Source: an uncultured Mycoplasmatota bacterium (lineage in GTDB: Bacteria > Bacillota_I > Bacilli_A > RF39 > UBA660). From it: DNA of 64,000 nucleotides. A model generated the notes under the pieces. It saw only the letters and a program-made list of their open reading frames with translations. It made no database searches and had not been told where the DNA came from. The stretch lies in assembly GCA_947305065.1 (NCBI GenBank), contig CAMZCT010000007.1, positions 542 to 64,541 of the forward strand, in the 5' to 3' direction. The position numbers and the translations under genes are program-made. Positions 1 to 9,655 of this stretch are shown here, piece after piece (the stretch's first letter is position 1; each line of letters starts with the position of its first letter).

Positions 1-1242
1 ATAGAAGCCATCGAAAAGAAGCTTAACAATAAAAGAAAAGTTATTAAAAAAACATCTAGTTATAATAAATTTAATAAAGATAATAAAAAGATCATAAATT
101 ATAAAGAAAACATCAAAAAAAGTAACACTCTAAAATCAGAAAAAGAAGCTGTTGAAGAAGTAAAACCAAAGATTTATGATCAAGAATTAGAAGATGTTGA
201 AATACCAATAATTAAAAAGACAGTTGAAAAAACATCAAAAAAAATTGAAATAAACAACGAAGAGCCGGAAGAAAAAAAAGAAGAAATAAATCACGAAAAA
301 ATTAAAGAGACAATTAAAGCTAAATTAGACAAAAAACTTGATGAGAAAATAGAAGAGAAAATAAATCAAAAATTAAGTGAAACTGATGAACTAAACGTAC
401 CAGAATTCGTAAACAAAAAAGAAGAAAAGAAACCTTCCAGAAGAATCGCCAAAAAAGAAGACGTATTTTCTAAAATAATGGAATGGTTCGGTAACTTAAC
501 TAGTGATTTAAATTCAAATATAAGAAAAAGAAAAGTAACTAATATTAAGAAAATTACTCCAAAAAAGAAAAAAGCAAAGGATTCTTATATTGAGGAAGAT
601 AAACCTAAAGTATATCCAAAAAATAAATTCCTAAAAGCACTAGTAATAATACACGAAAACCTATATATTCCATTTGATACAATAATAATCTTAGCGTTTA
701 TAATTCTAATTATCGGAATGAATCGTGTTCAAGTAATTCCATCTTCAACTATTAAATATATTGCTTGTATAGTAGGATTCCTATCATTAGTTGCCATATC
801 ACTAAATAAATATCTAAGCGGAAGAATATTTACGATACTGATAACAGCCGGAATGGTGGGGGGAATTTATTACTTAAATTACACTTATGATTTTATTAAT
901 AATCTAAATACCAAATTATATGAATATCAAGAATACTATGTAGTCTCACTTGATAACGGTCGAAATAAATCTATATACAACATTAATAATAAAAAAGTGG
1001 GTCTACTAGATGATAATTCTAAAAATGTAAAACATGTACTCAATACTAAATTAGATCATGTAACGTATATAACTTATAAAAATCAAGATAAACTATATGA
1101 AGAATTTATTGAGAGCAAAACTAGGGCAATTATCGTCAAAGAAAATCAATATAAATATATTCAAAATAACAATATTAAACCGGATATAAAAGTTAAAATA
1201 TTATATAAATTTAATGTTAATACCAAAAAACAAGGAGAATAA
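1..1242 (+). CDS. Lys/Glu-rich membrane protein, 5' end outside window
   Basis: Frame 1 is open from nt 1 and runs in frame into the listed 478..1242 ORF. KE-rich low-complexity N-part, then hydrophobic helices (IIILAFIILIIG, IACIVGFLSLVAISL, ILITAGMVGGIYYL). TAA stop. Confidence 0.6.
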   Translation: MEAIEKKLNNKRKVIKKTSSYNKFNKDNKKIINYKENIKKSNTLKSEKEAVEEVKPKIYDQELEDVEIPIIKKTVEKTSKKIEINNEEPEEKKEEINHEKIKETIKAKLDKKLDEKIEEKINQKLSETDELNVPEFVNKKEEKKPSRRIAKKEDVFSKIMEWFGNLTSDLNSNIRKRKVTNIKKITPKKKKAKDSYIEEDKPKVYPKNKFLKALVIIHENLYIPFDTIIILAFIILIIGMNRVQVIPSSTIKYIACIVGFLSLVAISLNKYLSGRIFTILITAGMVGGIYYLNYTYDFINNLNTKLYEYQEYYVVSLDNGRNKSIYNINNKKVGLLDDNSKNVKHVLNTKLDHVTYITYKNQDKLYEEFIESKTRAIIVKENQYKYIQNNNIKPDIKVKILYKFNVNTKKQGE

Positions 1243-1244
1243 AA

Positions 1245-1853
1245 ATGAAATTAAAGAGATTATCAGCTTACTTAATAGATATATTATTAATCTATTTTAT
1301 TGCTAATACTATATTTATGGTTGTATTTAAGGATGAATACAGCAGATTTGCTAAAAGCTCCGAAGAATATATTGCTACTATACAAAAAGTAGCGGAAAAA
1401 ACTAAAGATACTAAAAGTATTGAAACCATAGCTGAGGAAACAAAAGAATTAAACTATAATTACTTAAAATTGGGAACAACTAGTACGATACTTACCTTAT
1501 CAATCCAGATAATATACTTTGTCTTCGCTCAATACTTTAATAATGGTCAAACACTCGGCAAAAAAATCCTTAAAATTAGAATTAAACAAATAGGCGAAGA
1601 AAGACTTAATGCCGGCCTATTTGTATTAAGAGAATCTCTTTTATTTGTATTACCAATTAAAATAATCGATTTAGTATGTTTACTAACTACTAAAATGAAT
1701 ACTTACTTAACTATAAATGCTCTAACATCTAATATTGAAACGCTAGTAACATTAGCAATAATTGGCTTTATGCTATTTAGAAACGATGGTCGAGGACTAC
1801 ACGAAATAATAAGTAGAACAGAAGTAGTACCAGTAAAGAAGGAGAAAGAATAA
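1245..1853 (+). CDS. RDD-family membrane protein
   Basis: N-terminal KRLSAYLIDILLIYF and C-terminal RNDGRGLHEIISRTEVV resemble the R..D..D signature of RDD domains. Three or four TM helices. Starts 3 nt after the previous stop. Confidence 0.55.
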   Translation: MKLKRLSAYLIDILLIYFIANTIFMVVFKDEYSRFAKSSEEYIATIQKVAEKTKDTKSIETIAEETKELNYNYLKLGTTSTILTLSIQIIYFVFAQYFNNGQTLGKKILKIRIKQIGEERLNAGLFVLRESLLFVLPIKIIDLVCLLTTKMNTYLTINALTSNIETLVTLAIIGFMLFRNDGRGLHEIISRTEVVPVKKEKE

Positions 1854-1868
1854 TTTTCTCCTTTTTTA
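1841..1868 (+). terminator. Intrinsic terminator
   Basis: GGAGAAA..TTTCTCC hairpin followed by a T-run, overlapping the stop of the RDD gene. Confidence 0.6.
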
Positions 1869-1905
1869 TTTATAATGTGATAAAATATATATAATAGGTG
1901 ATAGT

Positions 1906-3231
1906 ATGAATAGTAAAGAGAACTTCATAAAAGTATATGAAGAAAAAATTAAGCCACTAAGAGAGAGTTATTACAAAAATAAAGTTAGAGCGGGATTAGG
2001 GGATAATATATTTAACAAGAGTATGATCATAATTAATTATCTACCTCTTATACTAGCTTTATTACTTTGTTTAGTAGGACAATTCTCCTTAAAAAGTAAA
2101 ATAATAGCTCTATTATTTTTACTAGTTAGTAGCTACGTACTATCTGTAATAAAAAAGAAATATGATATCTATGAATCTAGATATGAAATAGAAATTAGAA
2201 AGTTGGGGTTTTTATCTATCGCTCAATACGAAAAAAATATTAAAAAATTTATAACTGGTAAAGATGGATATTATGCAGAACTTCTACAAGAAATCATCGA
2301 TAAAAATAAGATAGCCAAGGAAAATTCATATTTTTTAACGGATTTAAAAGGTAGAACATATATATTATTTGATAATAAAGAAAAAGACGAAATATTAATA
2401 GTAAATAATGATTTAAAAGAAACACCAAGATTAACCAAACTAAGAAATGGCAACATCAGGTATTACAGAAATGATCAACTAAATAATAGAATCATTTTTA
2501 AAACAGATCTTGATGAATGGTATTATGTTGAAGAAAACGAATCTGTTTTTGAAAAAATAATGCCAGAAAAGAAAGTTGAAGCTAAAAAAGATTTCAATGT
2601 TAATGAGTATATTTCCGACTTTGAAAGATTTATGAAGCAAATAAAAGATAAAGACTTAAGGAAAAAAGAAGAAGGTTTAAAGACAAAAACTAAAAGTAAA
2701 GCCAATTTAACTCTACTACTAGCATTAATGATTATATTAATTATCATATCTCCAATTTACAAAGAGTATACCAGTATAATAAATATTATTTTTGTAGCAA
2801 TAATGACAATTGCAAATATCTATTTACAAAGATATCTCCAAGTAAAAAATATAGTTATAAAAAATGACAATGATTATATTAAATTCCTAAATAATAACAA
2901 AGACTGTCAAGATAAATTTGTAGAACTTAAATTAGCACTAAATATTCCTAAAACCGTTGAGAAAATATATAGTGATGAAGGAGCAGAATTCCTTGTTTGG
3001 GACAATGCTGGTTATTTCCATCTATTTCTAAATCTAATATACTTCGATGTAATTTACATCTCAGTAAAAATTGAAGAAGTAGAATACTATAAAGAAGACG
3101 ATGAATACTGTGAAATAAAAATTAGAAACAATAAATACACATTTAAAAATGATGCTAAAAAGGTATTTGATAAATTACTACCAAATAAAGATTATAACTG
3201 GATAAAAGGACTAAATATTGATAATAAATAA
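1906..3231 (+). CDS. Hypothetical membrane protein (441 aa)
   Basis: Long ORF with AGGTGATAG-type RBS. TM helices near aa 40-85 and 270-310. No family recognised. Confidence 0.6.
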   Translation: MNSKENFIKVYEEKIKPLRESYYKNKVRAGLGDNIFNKSMIIINYLPLILALLLCLVGQFSLKSKIIALLFLLVSSYVLSVIKKKYDIYESRYEIEIRKLGFLSIAQYEKNIKKFITGKDGYYAELLQEIIDKNKIAKENSYFLTDLKGRTYILFDNKEKDEILIVNNDLKETPRLTKLRNGNIRYYRNDQLNNRIIFKTDLDEWYYVEENESVFEKIMPEKKVEAKKDFNVNEYISDFERFMKQIKDKDLRKKEEGLKTKTKSKANLTLLLALMIILIIISPIYKEYTSIINIIFVAIMTIANIYLQRYLQVKNIVIKNDNDYIKFLNNNKDCQDKFVELKLALNIPKTVEKIYSDEGAEFLVWDNAGYFHLFLNLIYFDVIYISVKIEEVEYYKEDDEYCEIKIRNNKYTFKNDAKKVFDKLLPNKDYNWIKGLNIDNK

Positions 3232-3263
3232 ATAAATGATATAATACAAGAGAGGGGATAATT

Positions 3264-5507
3264 ATGAGCAAAACACCAACTATAGACTATATGTTAACAG
3301 ATTTTCGTCATAACTTGGACAGTATGTCTTTTAGTAACTCTAAAAAAGCAGCCATTGGGGAAAAGCTAGATGCTATATTGAACGTTATAGAAGGGACTAA
3401 AGGTGAAAAATTACCTGGTATGGGAGCTTCAGCTGAACCAGAACCAGTTCTTAGCGATGCCGATTCACGTTCAAGTCTTAATATAAACCTATTTAAAATG
3501 TTAGAGCTTTCTTCTGATGATCTAAAAAAGATTAATTTTTCACTGCCAAAATCAAAAATAAATGACATAAATGACATAGTTAAAAAACCACTTATTTTCA
3601 TACGTGGCAAAAAGAAAGAACCGATTGAAACAATTCATGATTATGAAGAATATCTTGAAAGTTTATATAGAGATTATTTATCACCAACAGAGCACACAAT
3701 TGGTACTGGTGCCAGCGAGATAAAAATCAGAGAAAGATATCCTCATGAGGAAGAAAGCGATTCAGATAAATATGAAATAATATATGAAACAGATTCTACC
3801 TATAAAACTGAGGATGAAGTAAAAGAAGCTATAAAATCTCACTACATAGATTATTATGATAAACAGATTAAATCTGATATAGAACCTACTAAAACTTATA
3901 AGAATAAAACTGATTTTATAGAATTACTTGAAAATATAAATAGTTATCAAGTAATTAATAAATCTAATAGTAATGCTATAATTAATGAATTAGTACAAGC
4001 AATAAAAAATGACAATACAGTAACAGAATCAGGAAATATTAAAATAGAAATTCCAGGAACATACATAATGGGACAACATACTACTGTATACACAATAATT
4101 CTTAAACAAGAAACATATGATAGCGTAAAAGATAAACTAAAAGCAATATTTGGTAACAGTACAGGTGATAACCTAACCGTTACCAGAGTTGATGTCGATA
4201 ATTTAACAGTTGAAAGAATAAGACAACGAAACGGTTTTGCTATAAACAAAATAAATAAGAAATTAAATGAAGTAAAAACGATGCAGAACAGTTACACAGC
4301 AACTAAAACTGAAAACGATATGAAAAAACCGTTAGAGAAAATGAATGAAATACTATCATTTGATTCTGCAGATTATTCTGATAGAAGCGAGTTTACAGAG
4401 TTAATAGGAGCATACGTTCCTACCGTTAAGTTAGATGAGTTTTTAGAAGCTGCTAAAGACTTATCCCGCCAAAACTTTGATTTTGATAAAGAATTTAAAT
4501 ATTTTTTACCAGTAGTTATGCCTGAATTACCACCATCTAGCGGAGGCGTTCGTGAAGTACCATCGTATGAAAAGGGATTAATAAAAACATACAAACATTG
4601 CTTTCCAGAATTATTTCATAGAGATGATTATAACTATAAAAAAGACAGGGATAAATATCCTCATGAGAAATTTAAATGGGCTGATGATAACCCGGTAATT
4701 AGTGAAGAAACTAAAAGCGAATATTCTACGTATTACAACAGTCTATATAAAGACTATGTTCATTATAGAAAAAACAATAGACCTGTAAAAAGGATCACTA
4801 AAGCTCCTAGTAAATTAATTAACAAAGTACTAAATTCCAATAATGTTGGCAGAACCTTTAAAGATATTTTACTTGCTATATCAGCAGATTATCATAAACA
4901 CGGTGATGATGGAAGTTGGGCAACTGAACAAAACGAACGTGTTGCAGCATTCTTTGAAAAAGTAAGGCTGAGTGCCATTTTAGCCGCCTGTGGATTAACA
5001 ATAAAGGGCTTAATATCTGGATTTAGTGCTTCAATGCTGGGACCAGCTGCAATAGGTATAGGTGCCGGAACTTTAGTAATGCATACAATAGCTGTTATAA
5101 AAAGAATCTATAATTCATATAGGGAAATTATGGAAGCTAGAGCTTCAATAGCATTTGGTGTTAGAGCAATGAATGAGGCAAACAAATATAAAACTTTACT
5201 AGAAAATCCTAACTTAGATGCGGAAGAGAAGGAAAAATATAAAAAAATTATTAAGGCATACGTTGCATATTATATAGCTAACTTCAACAAGTTTGAAAGA
5301 AGCTATGAAAGATTGACCAAATACGTAAAAGGTTCTTACAAGGAAGAACATGAAGGAATAGTAGACGAAGAAAGAAAATATCGCACAGATCAATTCGCAA
5401 GTTATTGGGCTGAAGCTAAAAGAATAGAAAGTGAATACACCAATTTAAACCCAGATGAACTAGAGAAAAAAATCGATGCAATTAAAAATGGAAGGAAAAT
5501 GTACTAA
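3264..5507 (+). CDS. Hypothetical large protein (747 aa) with central TM hairpin
   Basis: Long ORF with RBS GAGAGGGGA. Gly/Ala-rich TM pair (AAILAACGLTIKGLISGFSASMLGPAAIGIGAGTLVMHTIAVI). No family recognised. Confidence 0.6.
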   Translation: MSKTPTIDYMLTDFRHNLDSMSFSNSKKAAIGEKLDAILNVIEGTKGEKLPGMGASAEPEPVLSDADSRSSLNINLFKMLELSSDDLKKINFSLPKSKINDINDIVKKPLIFIRGKKKEPIETIHDYEEYLESLYRDYLSPTEHTIGTGASEIKIRERYPHEEESDSDKYEIIYETDSTYKTEDEVKEAIKSHYIDYYDKQIKSDIEPTKTYKNKTDFIELLENINSYQVINKSNSNAIINELVQAIKNDNTVTESGNIKIEIPGTYIMGQHTTVYTIILKQETYDSVKDKLKAIFGNSTGDNLTVTRVDVDNLTVERIRQRNGFAINKINKKLNEVKTMQNSYTATKTENDMKKPLEKMNEILSFDSADYSDRSEFTELIGAYVPTVKLDEFLEAAKDLSRQNFDFDKEFKYFLPVVMPELPPSSGGVREVPSYEKGLIKTYKHCFPELFHRDDYNYKKDRDKYPHEKFKWADDNPVISEETKSEYSTYYNSLYKDYVHYRKNNRPVKRITKAPSKLINKVLNSNNVGRTFKDILLAISADYHKHGDDGSWATEQNERVAAFFEKVRLSAILAACGLTIKGLISGFSASMLGPAAIGIGAGTLVMHTIAVIKRIYNSYREIMEARASIAFGVRAMNEANKYKTLLENPNLDAEEKEKYKKIIKAYVAYYIANFNKFERSYERLTKYVKGSYKEEHEGIVDEERKYRTDQFASYWAEAKRIESEYTNLNPDELEKKIDAIKNGRKMY

Positions 5508-5812
5508 TGCAAATTGGGGATATATTAACTTTAGATTACAATGAAAAGTATCTTCTCCTTAATAAAGTTAATTCAAATAAAAAGAATTACTTTCTAGCAG
5601 TTGGTGTATCAGAAGATGAAGAAAAAGTCGATATGGATGACATTACATTCTTTGAAGAAGTAAACGAAAATAATGAAATATATGTTAAAGAAGTATATAA
5701 CAAAGAATTGTTAGACACTCTATCAGATGCTTCAATGTTAAACACTAAAAAAGAAGTAGATGAAATAGAGAAAATACTAGAAGAATATTATAAAAACGAA
5801 AAGAATGATTAA
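5507..5812 (+). CDS. Small acidic protein (101 aa)
   Basis: ATG overlaps the upstream TAA (TAATG), which implies translational coupling. A hairpin and T-run follow the stop. Confidence 0.5.
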   Translation: MQIGDILTLDYNEKYLLLNKVNSNKKNYFLAVGVSEDEEKVDMDDITFFEEVNENNEIYVKEVYNKELLDTLSDASMLNTKKEVDEIEKILEEYYKNEKND

Positions 5813-5904
5813 TACCATTCTTTTTTATTAAATATAAAAAAATAGATATAAGAAGAGAAGATTTATGTTATAATATTTTTATAATAAAATAAGTGGTGAT
5901 ATAC

Positions 5905-6522
5905 ATGGACTTTGAAATGGATCATACAAAAGATATAGACGATATATTTTATGCTACAAAAGAGTCACAAGGTTACGTAAATGCAATAGCAGCTATTAAA
6001 TACGTTTTATTTAATGATGACTCAGTTTTTAAAGATAGAACACCTGATAGAAATAAATATATTTATATTTCTAAAAATAAAAACGCAAGAAAAAAAGCAA
6101 TGTTATTGCAAGATGATGATTTAGCCCAGGTATTAATAAAATATTGTTTACAGAGTTTTGGTTTAAGAGGTCAAAATTTTGTCGTTTCTGATGAAGATTT
6201 TATTATAGATAGAAAGAGAATAGAACACATAGATATAAGTGCTCATGAAATGATAGAAAAGGTAGCGTTTGCAGCAATTGGGGATGTATATGTCGCTTAT
6301 GACTTCCTATATTCTAATCATGATTTATTATTAAAAATAGTCGATTCTTTTATAGAAGAAAGATATTTAAATGATAAAGCTGAATTACTTGATAATTTCG
6401 ACGGAATAATAGTGTCTAAAGATATGGACAAAGACACAAAATTCTTGTATTATAAGACTTACATTCATTTAGATGAGACATTCTCTGAAATCAAGAGAAA
6501 TAATGTCGATTATGTAAAATAG
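5905..6522 (+). CDS. Hypothetical protein
   Basis: The listed ORF starts at 5893. The ATG at 5905 sits behind the RBS-like AAGTGGTGA. Confidence 0.5.
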   Translation: MDFEMDHTKDIDDIFYATKESQGYVNAIAAIKYVLFNDDSVFKDRTPDRNKYIYISKNKNARKKAMLLQDDDLAQVLIKYCLQSFGLRGQNFVVSDEDFIIDRKRIEHIDISAHEMIEKVAFAAIGDVYVAYDFLYSNHDLLLKIVDSFIEERYLNDKAELLDNFDGIIVSKDMDKDTKFLYYKTYIHLDETFSEIKRNNVDYVK

Positions 6523-6539
6523 GAAGGGAGGCAAAAGAC

Positions 6540-6977
6540 ATGGACAAGGAAAAAATCAAAGGAGTAGCAGGTAAAGGAAAAGGATTAATTGCAGAATTTA
6601 AAGAATTTATCGCTAAAGGTAACGTACTAGATTTAGCAGTAGGTGTTATCATCGGTGGTGCTTTTTCTAAAATAGTTACAAGTTTAACTGATAATATCTT
6701 AATGCCAATAGTAGGTGTTATTGTTGGTAATTTAGACTTTACTACACTAGCAATTAAAGTTAATCTATGGGGTAGAGTAGTACCTATTAAATATGGTCTA
6801 TTTATCCAAAACGTAGTTGACTTCCTAATCACTGCATTATGTATCTTCATTATGGTTAAAACAATAAATAAATTCATGAGAAAGAAAAAAGAAGAACCAA
6901 AAGAAGAACCTCCAGCTAAGAGAGATGAAGTTAAATTACTAGAAGAAATAAGAGACCTTCTTAAAAAGTCAAAATAA
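6540..6977 (+). CDS. mscL: Large-conductance mechanosensitive channel
   Basis: [40 protein letters not shown] is the canonical MscL N-terminal/TM1 signature. Length 145 aa. Confidence 0.95.
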   Translation: MDKEKIKGVAGKGKGLIAEFKEFIAKGNVLDLAVGVIIGGAFSKIVTSLTDNILMPIVGVIVGNLDFTTLAIKVNLWGRVVPIKYGLFIQNVVDFLITALCIFIMVKTINKFMRKKKEEPKEEPPAKRDEVKLLEEIRDLLKKSK

Positions 6978-7009
6978 AAAAGTATAATAATTAATTAATT
7001 ATACTTTTT
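6976..7009. terminator. Bidirectional terminator between convergent genes
   Basis: AAAAAGTATAAT..ATTATACTTTTT palindrome between the mscL stop and the stop of the 7008..7247 gene. Confidence 0.6.
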
Positions 7010-7247
7010 ATTTGTTTAAAAATAACAATGGATAAAGTAAAGAAGCAATAACACCAAGTACCATAACAACAGCCATTATAAATGCAGATACTTTAAATAT
7101 CACCATCTTTTTAGCAAATTTTGATTTCTTTGGTTTCAAACTTTGTTTATACTCTTTAAGTTTTTTCTTATATTCTTTTAATTCGTCCTTAGATAACTCC
7201 TCTAACTCCTCATTACTTAAAACCTTAAACTTTTCATTCTTTGCCAT
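7008..7247 (-). CDS. Small tail-anchored membrane protein (79 aa)
   Basis: KE-rich N-part plus a single C-terminal TM helix (VSAFIMAVVMVLGVIASLLYPLLFL). Confidence 0.45.
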   Translation of the reverse strand: MAKNEKFKVLSNEELEELSKDELKEYKKKLKEYKQSLKPKKSKFAKKMVIFKVSAFIMAVVMVLGVIASLLYPLLFLNK

Positions 7248-7371
7248 AATTTCACCTCAAAACTATTTATAATATTAACACAAAAGAGTATAATAGTAAA
7301 TAATGATAATAAATAATCAACATATAGAAATAATAAGTATCATTTGATATAATTATAATAGAGGTGATAGC

Positions 7372-9030
7372 GTGGAAGCATTAACTATATCTCAAGCTAA
7401 TTTAAATGCTATAGCTCAAAACATGGAGAGTGTAGCAAAAGAGCTAAATGGCGTTATAACTCATATAAATGAAGTTAATAGTAAAGTAAACAGCGTTGAA
7501 GATAAAGTATCTGGAATAAACGGAGAAATCAGTGATGTAGTAGAAGAAATAAGAGCTAATACTATTATAAATAACGCAAGACAAAGCATTATCTATAATA
7601 ATAATATAATTGAAAAGAAATTCGGATACTATGATTTACTAAGAAGAAACGTTGAAAGCCTAGTTGAAAACTTGGAAAATAAAACTCTAAATGTAGAAAG
7701 TATTGATAAATTAAAAAATAGCATTACAATGAACAATCCACGTTATTGGTTAGCTAACGCCACATTATCTATTATATATTGGTTACTAGACGATCGAGTA
7801 GATTCTGAAAACGAATTAAAACTGGCTTTAAATAAGAATCAGGAAAAGACTAGTTTATTACTAATGATGCTATATCTAGATTTAGGTCAAAAAGAAACCG
7901 CCTTACACTGGCTTAGATACTATCTAAATCACCAAGATCCAATGAATATTAAAGATGAATTTATAACAATCTTAGACTTAGTTTCATCTGGATATTTAGG
8001 TATCGAAGGCGAAAAGATTTTAATAGATAAAATAAGTGAATGGATAAAAAAAATAAGTAATAATCTCAAAGATACCCAAACAAACAAATGGGTTGATTAC
8101 ATTAATAGTAATAAAAGAAACGAAGCGGTATTTAAATATATTTCAGATTATGCCGTTAATAAAGGAGTTATTAATAATAATTTTTCTATCTTCTCTGCTT
8201 TTCATCAGATGGATAATATGTTAGAAAATATACTAAAACTAGAAAAAGAAGACAAAAACGTTGATAAAGTTATTTATAACTTAATATATGATTATGAAGA
8301 AAGCGAAAAGACCTATCAATTAGACAATCTAAGAAATGAACTTCTAATTCAAACTAACGGTAATAAAGCTGAAGCCGAAAAATTATTTGAGAAGCAAAGC
8401 AAAGCCTATGTTGAAAAAACCGATATTCTAAATTTATTTTTCAATATCATAAATCAAACTGATAAATATAACATTGGTGCTAATTCAATTAAAACAGCTT
8501 TAGTATTCCAGAAAGAATATATTCAAAAAGCTTTAGACATAGTAAGCAAAAATATCAAAGAAACAGAAATTAATTTCCACATCGATGATGTCTATGCTTC
8601 TACTAAAGATGGTCTAAATATTGATAAAGTAAAGAAAGATATAGAAACGACAGCAGAAAGTAAATATGCTGATGATGATAAAACCTTAATCATCTTACCA
8701 TTAATTATAAATATCGTCGGATTAGTTGCAGTATTACTTGCTTCTAACAACTCAATATTTAGTATACTTGCTCTAATAATAATATTAGTAGTAAATTTTG
8801 TAATAATAATTAAATTAAATAAAAGAAGTCGTTTAAGAGATGAACAAAAAAAATCATATATAGATAATATACTATCTATATTTGAAAAGAACTTTGCTGA
8901 GTGTACTGATTATAATAATATAATTCAAAAAGAAAAAGAATTCTTAAATAATATTATTAGAAAACTACAAGAATTAAAATTAGAAAATGTAATAGTTCTT
9001 AAAGAAAGAAATATTAATATAAGTAGGTGA
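7372..9030 (+). CDS. Coiled-coil / helical-repeat membrane protein (552 aa)
   Basis: GTG start behind AGAGGTGATAG. Coiled-coil N-terminus, TPR-like helical middle part, two TM helices near aa 445-490. First gene of a tightly packed 4-gene operon. Confidence 0.6.
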   Translation: MEALTISQANLNAIAQNMESVAKELNGVITHINEVNSKVNSVEDKVSGINGEISDVVEEIRANTIINNARQSIIYNNNIIEKKFGYYDLLRRNVESLVENLENKTLNVESIDKLKNSITMNNPRYWLANATLSIIYWLLDDRVDSENELKLALNKNQEKTSLLLMMLYLDLGQKETALHWLRYYLNHQDPMNIKDEFITILDLVSSGYLGIEGEKILIDKISEWIKKISNNLKDTQTNKWVDYINSNKRNEAVFKYISDYAVNKGVINNNFSIFSAFHQMDNMLENILKLEKEDKNVDKVIYNLIYDYEESEKTYQLDNLRNELLIQTNGNKAEAEKLFEKQSKAYVEKTDILNLFFNIINQTDKYNIGANSIKTALVFQKEYIQKALDIVSKNIKETEINFHIDDVYASTKDGLNIDKVKKDIETTAESKYADDDKTLIILPLIINIVGLVAVLLASNNSIFSILALIIILVVNFVIIIKLNKRSRLRDEQKKSYIDNILSIFEKNFAECTDYNNIIQKEKEFLNNIIRKLQELKLENVIVLKERNINISR

Positions 9031-9034
9031 TAGT

Positions 9035-9223
9035 GTGCCAGAAGAAATAAAATATATTGATAATAATAGTCAAATACCTAAATTAAATGAAAATGTGGTA
9101 TCTAACGAAATAAAGATTATTGAAAATACTGTCCCAGAAGAAAAAAATAAACCAACTCAAAAAGTGGTTATTCCCGCTTGGAATATTGAACCACCAGTAG
9201 AAATTCAGAGGAATATAGAATGA
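9035..9223 (+). CDS. Small protein (62 aa)
   Basis: GTG start behind AGGTGATAG, 4 nt after the previous stop. Its stop overlaps the next ATG (ATGA). Confidence 0.4.
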   Translation: MPEEIKYIDNNSQIPKLNENVVSNEIKIIENTVPEEKNKPTQKVVIPAWNIEPPVEIQRNIE

Positions 9224-9651
9224 ATTACAATGATTGGTTAGATCTAATAAATCAAGTAGAGAAAAGTAATCGAAATACTATCTACTTACAAAAAATGGAA
9301 GATGCCAATAATAATATAAATATAAACGAAATGTTACAACCTAAACTAATAGATTTAATTACTAATAAGCTTGCTAAAGCAATTAGAAGAATAGTAAATA
9401 ATATAAATGAAACATTTCGTAATCCCAATACATTAGAACTTACTATAATTAATTTTGATAAAGATATTCAGTATATTCTAAAAATATGTAATTTAAAACA
9501 AATAGATAATGATGTTAAATCAAAACTAATTACGACAGTAAACGATGAAGCAAATAAAGTATATGATATATTAATAGAAAAATCCCTAGAAGCTGATCGA
9601 ACAGGAATGTATAAAACTATTATAGAAAAGAAAAAGAATTCAAAAAGGTGA
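9220..9651 (+). CDS. Hypothetical protein (143 aa)
   Basis: Translationally coupled on both sides. No family recognised. Confidence 0.5.
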   Translation: MNYNDWLDLINQVEKSNRNTIYLQKMEDANNNININEMLQPKLIDLITNKLAKAIRRIVNNINETFRNPNTLELTIINFDKDIQYILKICNLKQIDNDVKSKLITTVNDEANKVYDILIEKSLEADRTGMYKTIIEKKKNSKR

Positions 9652-9655
9652 TAAT

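Noticed and set aside
2271-4594. Antisense ORFs 2271..2456, 2523..2747, 3308..3610, 3947..4249 and 4373..4594
   Set aside because: They are fully embedded antisense in long coherent plus-strand genes, have skewed S/F/L/I-rich composition and lack an RBS.
8640-8700. YADD string in the 552-aa protein as a reverse-transcriptase motif
   Set aside because: It is an isolated tetrapeptide (KYADDDK) in a charged linker. None of the other RT motifs are present and no ncRNA or template repeats lie nearby.
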